A stretch of DNA of 64,000 nt from the human T2T-CHM13v2.0 reference genome, Homo sapiens (GCF_009914755.1 NC_060925.1); one strand, 5' to 3'. Counted from the stretch's first letter, positions 27,446 through 46,671 are shown. The notes: a model not told the origin generated them from the sequence alone. Made by a program: numbers and translations.

Positions 27446-28014
27446 TGAGTCCCTTCTGCCCCACGAGCACAGCCCACGCACACCCTCCCGTCCCTTCCCT
27501 TTCCCCGGATAACGGGCACCCGCACACTGCTTCACGGGTGGGTTTTCCTGTCTGGCGCTGTACCTTAGGGGTCTGCATCAGTGAGACCCTTCCCCTGTCT
27601 GCCTCGGTGTCCCCTGCTCAGGGCTCTTGATGGGGCCTGGGAGCACATCGGGGTCCTTGCAAGACCCGGGACTTGGGTGTGCGGCCGTCTATCAGGGAAG
27701 CTGCTACAGGCCACGGCGTCTGGTGGCCTCCCTGGGGAGCCGCGCCGCTCGCCGCCCCCGAGGTGCCTGCTCTCCACAGGTCACTGGGTAGGTGGTTAAG
27801 AAAATAAAAGCCAATAAGGAACCGGAAAATGCCCCTAATCCCAGCAATAGCCGCCTGGTCTCCGGGCGGGGCAGGGTTCCAGCTCCGGGCCGGTCCTGGC
27901 TGTGCTTTGGGGCAGCTCCGTTTCTGCGTGTTACCGAGCGTGTGTGTGCGCGTTGGTGGCTGTTCCGTGGCTGTGGCAGGTGACCCGATGGCGCTTCCCC
28001 TTCCCCTCCGGCAG

Positions 28015-28071
28015 GTCAGCCGGCGGCTCCTCAGTCGACCCCAGGACGCGCTGGAGGGTGTTGTGCTCAGT
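28015..28071 (+). CDS. ATAD3A: ATAD3A exon 9 (57 nt)
   Basis: VSRRLLSRPQDALEGVVLS; AG/GT. Confidence 0.95.
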
Positions 28072-28218
28072 GTAAGTCGGTGTGCCTGGGACCGGGGAGG
28101 CGCAGGGAGGGGACCCTGGAGCTGGGCCGGGCTGTGGCCCTTGCTGGCGCTCGTGGTGGCACCCAGGAGCTTTTGGGTCCTGAGATGCGACTGCTTGGAC
28201 CGTGCTGGGGATAGATAG

Positions 28219-28902
<684 letters not shown>

Positions 28903-29743
28903 TGAGACGTCCCCACAGCATGCACCAGGCCCTTGGCTGCGGCCCAGCAGGCTGCCTTCTGGGAAGGGGGTCCAGGTGTCTCTTGGGGACCCTGTCTTTC
29001 TGCAGCTCTGTCCTTGTGGCCACGCAGGAGGCCCAGTGGAGGGTCCCTCGGAGGGAAAGTCCCCTGAGTGTGGACCCTGGTGGACACGAGGCCCCCAGCG
29101 TGTGGAGGCTGCCAGTGGGATACTTGGCTCAGGGCAGAAGGGAGGTGGGTGGGTGCAGGGGGAGAGGAGTCTTCACAGCTGCAGGGGAGGCTCCTCCACA
29201 GCCGCCCTCCCCCCAACACGCCTGCAGGTGGGCGTGGGCACTGGTTGCCTTTTCTAGAACCATTTGAAAGTTAGCTGAAGACAGCATGGCACACTCCCTT
29301 CAATAGGTCCCACAGTGACCCCGCGCAGGGCACAGCCCGGGCACCCTTGTGGCCTCGGCTGTCCTCGTTGGAACCACGATCCTCATGGTTGGCACCCTCC
29401 CCTCTGGCCTTTGACCTTTCACTTTAGAAGACCTGTCCCTGTCGTGGACTCTAAGCGGCCACCAGTGCTGCACTGGGCCGGGTGGGGGTGAAGCCTGTGG
29501 GGCGGAGTTCGTCGCCCCCGTGTGTGGTTGGTTTCCCACGGCCTTCTGAGGCTGGGCCGTGGTCAGCTGCCCAGAGGCCAGGCTGATCGGCTTCTGTCGA
29601 GTCCAGGACTTAGGGCTGCTGATGGGGCAGAGCCTGACCCCGTGGGGATCTGCCTGCTTGGCCTGCTCCTGCCGCGGCCGGACGCTGCTGTGGGCTGCTC
29701 CTGGTGTCACTCTCGCCCTGCTTGGCCTCCCTCTCGTTCACAG

Positions 29744-29795
29744 CCTCCTGCTCTTTGTGGATGAAGCGGACGCCTTCCTTCGGAAGCGAGCCACC
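29744..29795 (+). CDS. ATAD3A: ATAD3A exon 12 (52 nt; Walker B)
   Basis: LLLFVDEADAFLRKRAT. Confidence 0.96.
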
Positions 29796-29898
29796 GTGAG
29801 TGTCACTAAGCCTCTGGCCACAATGGGGTGGTGGGGTGGGCACAGCCGTCTGCCTGGGCCAGGCTGCAGCCCTCTGTTCAGTTTCTTTTTCTCTGTAA

Positions 29899-30825
<927 letters not shown>

Positions 30826-30964
30826 GTCAGGCTTTTGAGAGTAGATCCATGAAAGTGTCGCCATGTCCCTGCTCCCTGCAGGAGGGAGGCCTGTGGGACT
30901 TTCTGCTGTGGCTGTTTACAAGGCTTTGCTCCTGGTGCCTAAGGCTGGAACCTTCTCTCTGCAG

Positions 30965-31035
30965 GAGAAGATAAGCGAGGACCTCAGGGCCACACTGAAC
31001 GCCTTCCTGTACCGCACGGGCCAGCACAGCAACAA
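30965..31035 (+). CDS. ATAD3A: ATAD3A exon 13 (71 nt)
   Basis: [23 protein letters not shown]; AG/GT. Confidence 0.95.
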
Positions 31036-32127
31036 GTGAGGGAGCCCCTCGGGTCCTGGGCCCCCGGGCAGGGCTGTGCAGCCGTCGCCCTTGGTTCCCA
31101 CCGAGGGACCTGAGGGGCCCTGGCTCACAGTGCTGGGCAGCTGCCGTGGCCTCAACATGCCCACCTCGGATGTCCCCTGGGAACGGCCCAGCTCGGGACA
31201 GCACGGGGTGTCACTGAGGAACATGCGGGGGCCTCCCGGGCAGAGCTGGGGTCAGTCCTGTCCTCACGGCCCTGTGCGCCGCCGCCCCAGCTTGCAGGTC
31301 CCTCTGCCCCTAGGTTTCTGCGGTCCTGTGCCTGCAAGGGAGGTGGTCTCATCGTGTGAGGCTCTGCTGGGTCTCCCTTGGAGGGTGTGTGTGCCCTGGG
31401 GTGGGAGATGGAGACAAGTTTGCTCCCACGGGAAGTTGGACACCAGCAGGTCCTGTGTGTCGGGGCGGAACCTGGGACCTTGGTCCCCCGCCCGGATGCT
31501 GGCCAAGGGTGCACCCTCCAGGCTTGGGGCCCACCCGACTTTGTGTGGCCTCTGTGGGCTGCCGCCCAGAGGTCCCCCATAGGGTGACCGCCCCATGGCC
31601 AGGCTCCCTAGTCCCTCCCAAGTCCCCTAATTTTGAGTTTTCTTGGTCTCCTGGGCCCCTCCAGCCCCAGTCACGTGTCACACGGAGGATCAAGTCCTGC
31701 TGGTCGGCCGTGGCTGACTCCTCAGGCACGTTGGGCTCCCAGGTCAGCTGCTGCCGGTGGATGCTCCCTGGAGCCCTGACTCGGGTCCTTCCCAGAGAGG
31801 CAAGGCTGGGGCCCTGCTGAGCCTCCAGTGAACCCGGGCCCCTGAGGTCCTGCTCCTGGCACGTGTGGGCGACTTCTCGACATGGACTCCGGGTCCCGAA
31901 TCCCTGCTCCCAGCACAGCAGGGGTCAGGCAGCAGGAGAGAGTGGTGTTCCCGGCACTGCCTATCAGGCTGGGCGAGGGTCAGCGGGAAAGCACTATATG
32001 GAGGGAGAACAGAGGCCCAGGAAGCCAGGCCGGGGGACAGCTGGGTGCAGTGGGGCAGGTGGCCGACCAGGGCTGTGCCCGTGTCCTCGTGTTTCCCGCC
32101 ACTTTAGGTTCTCCCTGTGGGGGCTGA

Positions 32128-32367
<240 letters not shown>

Positions 32368-32456
32368 TAAGTGTCCCGCCCCACCAGCCCCCGTCCAGGG
32401 GCCCTCGCTCAGGGTCCACCCCGACCCACAGTCCACCATCACTTACAAACCTTTAA

Positions 32457-32591
<135 letters not shown>

Positions 32592-33478
32592 TAGCTGAGA
32601 TTACAGGCGCCCACCACCATGCCTGGCTAATTTTTTTTTAATTTTTAGTAGAAATGGGGTTTTACCATGTTGGCCAGGTTCGTCTCAAACTCCTGACCTC
32701 AAGTGATTCACTCTCCTCAGCCTCCCAAAGTGCAGGGATTACAGATGTGAGCCACCGCGCCCGGCGTCTTTTCCATTCCTCTTCACTACGAGGAGGGCTG
32801 TGAGGAAATCTTGTGCTCGGCCACCCCCAGGCCCTGGCTGTGAGGGGAGGTGATACGGAGTGTTGCTCTGAGACCCCCGTGTCGGGATTCGAAGGAGTCT
32901 CTCCTCATGAGACCCCCGTGTCGGGACTGGAGGGAGAGGCTCCTCATGGTCCACTGCTGGCTTCTGGCCTGGCCTCCCTCCAGCTGCCACACCCGGCCCT
33001 GGAGCCTCGTGGTGTGGGGCACGGCTCTTGCTGCTCACGTGCCTTGAGGCTGTCAGGCTCCCTGTTGCTGGCGGTGGGTGCAGCAGGCACGGTGGGCAGA
33101 GCCCTCCAGGTGATGAGGGGCCCTGGCACCACACACCGGCTGCCTCGGGAACACTCCAGATGAGCAGAGGCTGCTCCACTTCTTGGCGTCCCCCGGGCCC
33201 CGGTTTCTGAGTCCTTCTGTGCACCTGACCCAAATCCCTGCTGTCGCCAGTGATGACAAAAGAGAGCCTGGTTGCCGCTGCCGCCTGCTCCATGCCAGCC
33301 CAGCTTTCCGGGCCTCAGTTTCCCTATGCCCTCCCCTTCCCTGGGCTCCCCCACCCCCATGGCTGCTCGTAGCCCTGGCACCATGACTTGGCTTCTGTGG
33401 CCTCCAGGCAGACGCTTTTGCTAGAAGTCGGGGCTCCGCCACTGCCAGCATAAAGGCCACCTGCCCTGCGGGTGCTGA

Positions 33479-34099
<621 letters not shown>

Positions 34100-34754
34100 T
34101 AGCCCGAGCTTTGCCAGGTGGGGCTGGAGGCTTCTGACTCTCACCTTGGCCAATAGGCACCTCCCTGTGTAAATGGTCGTTAGGACAGGCCCCATGTGAG
34201 TTGGGGGTTCGGGGTGGAGGGACATTGTGTTTTCTGGACCAAGTCTGTGGGCTTGGTCCTGCTTGACACATGGGTGGGAGTGGCCTCTGGTTGTCCCACA
34301 GCCAGTTGTTCTTCGGGGACACCCCTCCTGCAGCTCCGTGGCTGCTCCAGGGCTGAGGAGCCAGGACTCACAGGAGTGTGGGCGTGGCCATCCAGAAAGC
34401 TTTGGTCTTTGGGGGTTGCTGGAAAAGCAAAACCAGGTTGGTGGGGCAGAAGGCACCCTGGCCACGCACAGGCATCACCACCTCTGGGGTCCGCAGAGTC
34501 TGTGTAACAACCTGGTTCCTCAATCTAGCAGTGCTTTTGAATGAACGTGTGACAGCTTAATGAAGCAGCCGAGTACCTTGATTTGAATGTTGGAGCCGGG
34601 GTTCACAGGGGGCTGTATTAGTCAGTACAGGCTGGGTTATGCCACTGTGACAAAGAGCCCCAGATCTCAAACCCCGTCCTTGTGGGTCAGCTGAGGTCTC
34701 TGTTCCAGGCCATCCCCACTTGGAACCAGGTCTGTTTCCACAACTAAGAAAGCA

Positions 34755-36930
<2,176 letters not shown>

Positions 36931-37282
36931 AGTTTGAAGATTTTAGGTTCCCAGAAAAGTTGCAAGAGTAGCACAGAGACTTCCTGGGCCTGGGACCTTG
37001 CCACGTGGTGAACATCATGTGTCACTGTTGGACCCACCTGTGACTGGGTTTTGCCCCAGAATCCCACCCAGGACGCCACGTGACATTTAGCTGTCACTTC
37101 TGGTGGGCTCCTGCCAGGTCCCGTGCTTCCTGGAGGGGTGGCCCCGTGAGCATCTGCATAGCCCCTTTCCTCTGCTGGGCCCTGGGTGGGGTGCAGCCAC
37201 TCGGGTGGACCCTGAGGGTCCCTGCACCTGTTTGCCCTCTCTTGGGTGCGCTCAAGACCAAAAATGATGTTGAGCAGTCCTG

Positions 37283-37497
37283 GGCCCCGGACCCACAGTG
37301 GTGGTGCGGCTCTGGTCAGTGTCTCCTGCGCTCCCAGGCCCCTGACCCACAGTGGCGGTGCGGCTCTGGTCAGTGTCTCCTGCACTCCGGGGCCCCTGAC
37401 CCACAGTGGCGGTGCGGCTCCGGTCAGTGTCTCCTGCGCTCCCGGGCCCCCGACCCACAGTGGTGGTCCGGCTCCGGTCAGTGTCTCCCCACACAGT
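37283..37497. repeat. 54-bp VNTR, 4 units, intron 15
   Basis: acccacagtgg recurs at 37291, 37345, 37399 and 37453. Confidence 0.9.
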
Positions 37498-38429
37498 GGC
37501 TCTTGGTGAGGGGTGGGCGCTTGCAGAGGGGACGGGCACCACGTGGTCATCCCCATGGCAGGTTCCGTCGTGGCGACGGTGTTGTGGGAGGATGGTGTGC
37601 TGCTGCCCCTGCACCCCGTGAGATGAATCCTGCCTCTGGGAGGTACAGCTGGGACGGGGCGAGGGACCCACTCAGCTGTCCAGGAAGGGTCCCCTGCCCT
37701 GTGCTTCCTCCAGGTGTCCTGGTGCGCTCCTGAGCACGGTGCCCAGTGGGGGTCCCCACACCCTGACCCTGACCCTGACCCACGGGTGCCTCCCCTTGGG
37801 GACTCCACGCCCTTCGCTGGCATTGGGATGGAGAGTGACCCGTTCATTGCAGAAGGGCTGGACCTGAGGCTGCCTGAAGCCACACCAAGGGCCACAGCCC
37901 CAGCAGCTCCAGCCTTCACGTGCCAGATGCCAAGCCCTGTGCTCAGGAGGACAGGGAGGTGGGGGCAGAGGTGGCCTTGGTGCCACCACTCATGTGCCTC
38001 AAGGTGGGCAGTGGCTGCCTCTGCCCTGGAGGCCTGTGAGGGTCAGGGTCTGAGGGTCTGAGGTGCACTATGACCCGGGGGCACTGCCTGGCCACGGCTG
38101 AGACTCGCAGAGGGTCTGCAGTTCCCACCTGCCTCTCGGAAGCTGCCCTGGGTCGGCGGTCAGTGAGGCTCCGCCTTGGGCTTTCTATTATTAGAAAGTC
38201 ATTGAGCAACAGCAGTGCTGAGGACGCAGGCAGGGCTGTGGGCACTGCAGGGGCTGCTCCCGGTGTCCACACACGTGCTGGGCTCTGCCGAGGTGCGGGA
38301 AGCCTGTGTTTCACGCTCAGGCCATCCTGGAGCCCCTGGTTTGGTCCCTCCCCACCTCGGGGCCCTGGCGTGCATTTGGGGTGGGGGGTTCCCATGGCGG
38401 CCTCCCTCAGCTCCCTCTCTCCCCACTAG

Positions 38430-38576
<147 letters not shown>

Positions 38577-39166
38577 GTCCACAGGGAGATCCACAGCTCA
38601 CGGAGCCTGGCCGCGGACCCCTCCCACCCCTGCCTTGCCGGCCCCTGCACATTTAGGATATGCTCCTGGGTGGGGACTGGGCTGTGCCCAGGGCCTCTGT
38701 CCCCCAGGATGTCTTGTGGTGCGGGTCGGCCGTTCTGCCCCCCAGGGCACCCCCTGTTGTAGGCACTGGCTAGGGAGGGGCAGGCCTCCTTCCTGCCCCT
38801 CGAGACACTCTTGGGAGATGCATTTTCCGTCTGGCTCACAGGGGGAGGGTGAGGCTTTGCACCCCAGCCCCTGCCCAGGCCACTGTGAGGGTGGGTGCTG
38901 GCTGAGCCCCTGGGGCAGCAGGAGCCAGGCAGGTGATGTCTTTGTTCTCGGCTCCCACAGCAGAGCCAGGTGAGGGGGCGCCTGCCAGGGCCAGACCCAG
39001 GTGGGGCAGCCTGAACCCTGCTTCCCCCTGTGGCCGGCATGCCCCGATCTTTCACACACTGGTGACCCTGAGAGAGGAGGGAGGAGGGAACCTGGCGGGG
39101 GTGTCTGAGGCCGCACTGTCAGCTGGCCGGTCCAAGCCTGTGGCTGGAGCTGGGGTCTGTTTACCT

Positions 39167-39172
39167 AATAAA
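39167..39172 (+). terminator. ATAD3A: ATAD3A AATAAA polyadenylation signal
   Basis: Canonical hexamer ~590 nt after the stop, followed by a GT-rich tract. Confidence 0.85.
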
Positions 39173-39862
39173 GTCCCACAGGTGCCTCATTGCCCTGTCT
39201 GTCTCTTGGCTGGCACGGGGTGGGGTTTTGGGGGCCTCCTAGCGTCCCCCTGGGGTCAAAGGTGACAGAAGAGGCGGAGGCTGGCGCTTTCTGGAGAATT
39301 TACTGACCACAGAGGGGTGGGCTTCACATGAGTGCCCGCCACTGCGGGGCCAGGGGCCTGAATGCTGCCTGGGCCCAGCCACCTGCACCCCACCCTGTGG
39401 CTGTGCACACGCGGGTGCTCCCCTCGCCCCCCTCCCCTCCGCCCAAGCTGGCTGGGGCCAGACAGACGGTGGACGCAGCGCACGGGAAACAGCGCCTTCA
39501 AACAGATGCTGGCCCGGGCCGCGCGCCTCGCCGCCCCTGCCCCCACCTGCCCCCCAGGACCCTCCCTGCCCCCCAGGACCCTCCCTGCCCCCCAGCACCG
39601 CTGGGGATGAGTCCGCCCTTGTGTCCTGCCCCCCAACTGCAGGGTCTCCCCTAACCCAACCCCCACCCTAGCCCACACCCCAACCCCCTTTATAAAAAGA
39701 AGAGACAGCACCTTCCACTGGACTCTCCCGGCCGGCCACAGCCCCGGACAACCTGGGCCCAGGGCTGCTGTCCAGTCCCGCCGGCCCGGGCGTCCACGAG
39801 GTCCCTTTTACATCTGTACAGCAGCCGGTTGGCTCGGTGGCCCCGGTAAGTCCCCGTGCGGC

Positions 39863-40366
<504 letters not shown>

Positions 40367-42099
40367 CTACCCCGTGGTGGGGGTGTGACCGCGTCAGGCC
40401 GCCCTGGGGGTTCTCTGAAGCAGCCTCTTGGGCGGGCGGGTCGGGAAGGGGGCACCAGACTCAACGAGGCCCAGGTCACAGGCCAGAGGGAGTGGGAGGT
40501 CAGTGGCCATGGGCTGTGGAGGCCGAGCGTGAAGTCCGGGCAGACAGCGGGACCAGCTGCCGGCGAGGGTGTCGGCCCTCACTCAGCACCTCCTCCCTGA
40601 GGCCTGGAGCTCACGGGAAGGTGCTGCAGGTGGAAGAGGCCTCCCCCGGAGGGGGCTCAGGACGGCGGTCCCCACGGCCAGGGTCACAGCTCACCCGCCC
40701 GCCCCGGGGCCGCGGAGGCCACTTGGAGCAGAGCTGGACACAGGGAGCCCTGCTGGCCCCAGACCAGCCACTCCCATGCACCCTTCCCCCCGCTGCTGTG
40801 CCCTTTCCTCCACGGCTGCCACCGCGCCTGCCAGGCCCACTGCCCCTGGTGTTTCTTCTGCTCCTCTATCCCTGGGAGGTGCTGTCGGAGGCCACGGGGG
40901 CTCTACCCAGCACCCCATCCTCTCCCCTTCCTGGGGGACGCCCCCTTGCCCTTGCCTGGCACAGACCCGCCCCGCTCCTCTCAGGATGGACGGCGTCCAG
41001 GCTCCAGGGCCCTTTCGTCCTCAGTGCCTGCGCGCCTCCATGTCCCTCGGCCTCCCCTCCCCGGGCTCTTGGGGGAACTGCCCAGGCTCAGGCCACAACA
41101 GCCTCTGGCCTCTTGCTGCTGGGGCAACACAAGCTCCCCAAGGAGCTCGCCCCAGCAGCTCACCCTGTCCCAGGAAGGTCTCCGGGCCTTGACTCTGCCG
41201 ATCGGACTGGCATCCCAGACAGTCAACTCTGGGATCCCTAGTCCAACAGGAGGGCCTGGGAGTGGAGCCCGCGGGCCCCACGCGCCTTGCGGTCCACACT
41301 CCTGGCTGCCTCCCACATCTCCGCCGAGCTCCAGCTGCCTGTGTCTCCACGTGGGATCCGCAGACACCTTAAACTTGTGCCTAAAAATAGCTCCTCTCTC
41401 CCCAGACCTGCTTCTCCCCCACCTTCCCCTCGGTGACGTAGCAGCGCCTCAGCCTGGTTTTCAGCCGAGACCCAGAGACCACCCCACCCTCCACACCCCA
41501 ACCAGAAGTACTTCCCACACTGAAAGCCCAGCCTGTCCGTCCAACCCAGGGTCTTGCAGCCCTCTCCAGGCCATCCCTGTGCCCAGCGGGGACCACACAG
41601 GTGCCTTCCCTCAGTGAGATCTGGGGGGTCCTGGGGCCCGAGCCCAGGAACAGGGAGGAGGTGTCCCCTGCCCCACGCTCCCCTTGAAGCCCTCCTGCTC
41701 TTCTGGGGTTCCCGGAGGTCAGTCCCCTCAGCATATCCGGAAAGTGGCCGCTTTCAGTGGCAGGGCTCTCGGTGAGGAGTGACCATGACCGTGGCTGATT
41801 CCTGGTGGCCACCGATCACCTGGTGACGAGCCTGTCCACAGCCATCGTCCATCGTCACCAATGGGCAGCTGCTGACCACTGCCCAGAATGTGCAGCTGCC
41901 AGAGGCCCTCAGGGGAGGAAGCTGTTCCTGACCCCTTAGAGAGTCCTCACCCACCCCAGGGGCTCAGTAACTTTGGGGGTCAGAGGTCACAGCCTGTGTC
42001 CCCCACCATGGCTGGCCTGGGTACCTGTAGCTCCTCTCCCTGCACCTGGCCCTCCTTCCTGGAGGGCTCAGGTCTCCCAAGTGAAAGCAGGAGATAGGC

Positions 42100-42900
42100 C
42101 TGGGCAGAGATATGCTATCTGCACACGTATGTCTGTGACATGTACATACGTGTGTCCTGCCTGCACCACACACACCAGGTGTGTCCACCTGAGGCCCAGT
42201 GTACATCACGTATACACACCAGCCACATGCACGGGACATGGCGTGATACTGTGGACATGGGCCCCGGGAGCGCCACACCCCCGCCCTGTGCACGGTGTGT
42301 CACGCGAGTGCATGTTCGCTTGGCTTTGCAAAACGCAGCCACCCTCTCCACGGGGCGCCACGTCACGTGCATGGACGGATGTCTAGTTTGGACGCTGCCT
42401 GCCAACAGACTTTGGAGCATTGATTTCCATACACGTTCTCCACGTCAACGTCTACGTATAGGCACGTATGAGGCCTACACATGTACACACACTCGTTCTG
42501 AACACCAGCGTGTACACACAGGGAGCCTCTCATGGCAGTGCACGGGCATGGTGGATACGCAGATACCGCATGTGCAAGACTGCTGTCTGCACACACACTG
42601 GCTGCAGCTACACGGAGACATCTTGACATGTCCCTGAGCACACGGCACTGTATATTGTGACATACATGTACTTTGCATACACATATATGTTGTCAATATA
42701 CAAGGGCACTCTGTACGCTGAACGTACATATCCTGTATGTAGAGATGTGAACAGAGCATAGATACATGGACACACACGCAGCAATACCGTCTACAGCAGG
42801 CTGTGGCTCTGCTTCCCACACACGGCTGCCTTCAGCGTGCACCCACCCGAGTCCACGCGTGCTCTGGACACGGCATGAGCCGCCCTACATGCCCTGTGCA
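42100..42900. repeat. Degenerate alternating purine-pyrimidine (CA/TG/TA) low-complexity region, TMEM240 intron 2
   Basis: Frequent cacac/catg/tgtac words; similar patches continue to ~43640. Confidence 0.65.
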
Positions 42901-44186
42901 AATACTCTAAGGCGCCTCTGCCTGCCCCGCGGAGCCCTCAGTGTGCTGCCACAGGCGGATGCACACGGCCCCAGCCCACGTGCGTGGAGGCCGCACCTTT
43001 CTGATGCTCTGGAGCTCGGGTCTGGGCCCAGCCTCCGGGAGGCAGTGGAGCCGACCTCAGGCCTTTGCTCAGCAGTCGGACCTGCCAGCCAGGGACACGG
43101 GGCTCTCTGGTAGCATGTGGCCACCCCACAAGCTCTTACCCCCTACCCTGTGCCCAGCACACGTGAGGGTCACAGACACCCCGATCTCTGCCTTCTCTAA
43201 CACCCGTGTTCTTCATCGACACGCCTGCTGCACCCATAGGCATGTCACACGCTTAGCAACACATGCAGCTGTCCTGAACACACATGCCCCACACCCACAC
43301 GTATGCACAGAGACCCCCGGAGCAGGAGGCAGCAGAGATGACGAACACGGGTTCTGGGCTGGTGCCCCCTTTGTCCTTCACTAGCTGTGTGACCTTGGAA
43401 AAGCCTGTCCTCTAAATCCTCCGTCCACTTCCTCATCTGTTCAGCAGGGTTAACAGCGGCCACTGCGTGAGGGTGTCCTGAGGGGTGGAAGTGCATGCGT
43501 GCGTGCGCGGGGGCTGTGTGTACGCACATGTATATGCACAGACGCCACACACATGCGCGTCTCATGAGAAGATGTTTATTTCGTACATGGACGTACAAAC
43601 ATGCATGGCCAAGAGGATCCCATCGCTACACGTGCACAGAGGGGGTCACACGGTGGGTGCGGGGGGTCTGGGCGCTCCCCTCAATCTGAATGACCTTGAG
43701 GAAGCTCCACCTCCCCGCTGCCCCCCCAGCCCATCCCTCAGCTCCTCTCCAGCCCGGGGGTGGTGCCCAGTGCCCCTCAAGGCAGGCCCTTCCCGCCTTG
43801 ACCTGCATTCCCCTGCCCAGGGACTCAGTGCAGGGCCCAGCCCTGTGCCAGCAGGCGCTTCCTGCCCCAGCCCTGATGAGGCTGGCTTGGGTCTCCACTG
43901 TGGACATCACACTGGGCTGCGGCTTTCCGGCCTCCAGGCTGGACCAGGAGGCCCCGTGACCCATTCCGCCATCACCCTGGAGGCCTCTAGGAACGGCGTC
44001 CTAAAGCCATGCGCCCCCAGGAGACCCCCGCCCACCTTGAGACAGCTCCTCCCCCTGCGCACCTGGCAGCCCTCAAGGGTGGAAGGCGGCTCGCGGCCTG
44101 CGTGGGGCTGGTTCCCCCGCGCCCCGAGTGGGCCCCGCCACACATGTGCGCTCACGCGTGTCGAGCCGGCGCCGGTTGTGGACTCA

Positions 44187-44789
<603 letters not shown>

Positions 44790-44793
44790 TCAC

Positions 44794-44850
44794 CATCACG
44801 ACCGACGCCCCCAGAATCATGAAGATCATGGTGTTCGCGCTCATGGACAT
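44794..44850 (-). CDS. TMEM240: TMEM240 exon 1 coding part (57 nt); total CDS 522 nt = 173 aa
   Basis: MSMSANTMIFMILGASVVM then GTGAG donor. Confidence 0.94.
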
Positions 44851-46191
44851 CGGGCGGGGCCGGGCCGGGCCGGAGCGCCGCCCCCCGGCCCCGGCGCCCC
44901 CCCGGCCCCGGCCCGATGCTGAGCCCCCGCCGCCTCCGCAGAGGTCAGCGCTTCCCTGGATCGTCCGCCGCCGCTCGCTGCAACCCCGGCACCGGCCGGG
45001 GGGAGGAGGCGCGGGGGGGGGGGCGCCGGGGAGGGACGCGGGGCCTTTCTGGGGTCTCTCGGCCCGGCCCGCCGCGCTCCGCTCCGCCCTCGGGTCCTCC
45101 CTGCGATGCGCTCGGCTCGGCTCGACTCGGCTCCGCTCGGCTCCGGCCCCCTCCCTGCCTCCTCCTCCCTCCTCCCCCCTCCCTCCCCGCCGCCTTCCTC
45201 CGCCTCTCGGGAGGGACCGCGCAGACCGCAGGCCGCCCCGTGCCAGCGCCGGGAGGAGACCGCCATCCCCCGGACGCCGGCCGGGACCCCTCCCCGGGAG
45301 CCTCGGCTTCGCGTCCCGCCCCAGTCTGGTCAGACCCAGCCCCGGTGGCCTGTCCGGTGACCCTGGACGCCAGTCCTCCGGTCCTGGAGGGGCGCCGAGG
45401 CCCTTCCCGCCCCACTGCTCCGCCCTACGTCCTGGACTCCCAGGTCGCCGGGTGCGGGACTGCCCCAGTCCGCTCGGCACGCACGTGCCTCCAGGGTGGG
45501 GTCCGCAAGGTCGCGACAGCCCCACGGCCGTGGGGGCCACAGGTCAGGGACGGGATGACCCCTGGAATCCTCAACGGAGGGATGTGGCACAGGAGCCGAG
45601 GGCAGGGCCGCCCCGCACAGGCTTCCCTTAGGGCGGGGACGAGGGGGTCAGCCCAGGCCCATGGGTCGGGACGCCGGCCATTCAGAGGCCCAGTGGCCAC
45701 CACTCCGCTGTGGCTGTCCCTGGCTCGGGGTCCTGAGGCCAAACTCTCATCCACGACCGGTGACCATGTCTCAGGCCCGGGAGCCGACCCCCGGCCTCAG
45801 CAGGAAGTCAGCGGGAAGCTATGCCTGGGACCCAGCCTGGGTCGTGGCGCCATCCAGGCTCACTGCAGCCTCCACTCCTGGGCTCAGGCGATCCTCCCGG
45901 CTCAGCCTCCCCCGTAGCTGGCCTTGGGGGATCCCCGCCCGGGGGGGTTCCACATGGAGAGGGGACGCCGCTCCACCACAGGCAGCAGTTGTGGCAGGAG
46001 CAGGCGGCTTCCGCTTCAGGCAGCACAGGCACGGGTAGGCCCAGACCCTGTCAGCACCACCAGGTCTGAGCTACTCCTCCCAAGCAGTGGTCGGAGGTCA
46101 CTGAGGGCGGCAGGGCTAGGCCTCTGCCACCTCCTCAGGGGCGAGGGTCGGGCCAGGAATTCAGGACCAGGCACAATGACAGCAGCATCTG

Positions 46192-46197
46192 TTTATT
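46192..46197 (-). terminator. SSU72: SSU72 AATAAA polyadenylation signal
   Basis: tttatt on the + strand ~375 nt past the stop; TGTA element upstream (~46240). Confidence 0.85.
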
Positions 46198-46569
46198 GAC
46201 AATTCCAGGTCATTCCTAACACGCCGCAGCAGGGCTCTGTACAGTCCGGCCCGGTGGGGAGGAGGGAGGGAAGGCAGGCACACGAAGACACAGGTATGTC
46301 GGGAAGTGCACACAAACCGTTGTCTTTCCTTTTTGGTTAAAGAAGAAAAACTTTGTAATCAATATCCTGCTCATAAGTAAAAGTGGAAAAGAAGAAACTT
46401 GATTGCTTTCATCTGGCGTTTTGGCATCTCCTCTCCCATTTCATATGCACAGTTTATTTGGGTAATGCTACCGTCACCAGCAGAACACCTGTAAGTAAAA
46501 ACAAATGTCAGGAAGGAAAAAGTATGAACAACAGGAAGCTCCAGAGGCGGCTCCATGCGGGCGCTGGGC

Positions 46570-46671
46570 TCAGTAGAAGCAGACGGTGTGCAGAAAGGTG
46601 CGGCCACTCTTCTCCTCGAACTCCTGCAGCAGCTCGTCGATCTCGTTCTCCATGTCTTCCGTGTGCTGGAT
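46570..46671 (-). CDS. SSU72: SSU72 last exon coding part; RNA Pol II CTD phosphatase
   Basis: IQHTEDMENEIDELLQEFEEKSGRTFLHTVCFY*. Confidence 0.96.
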   Translation of the reverse strand: MQHTEDMENEIDELLQEFEEKSGRTFLHTVCFY

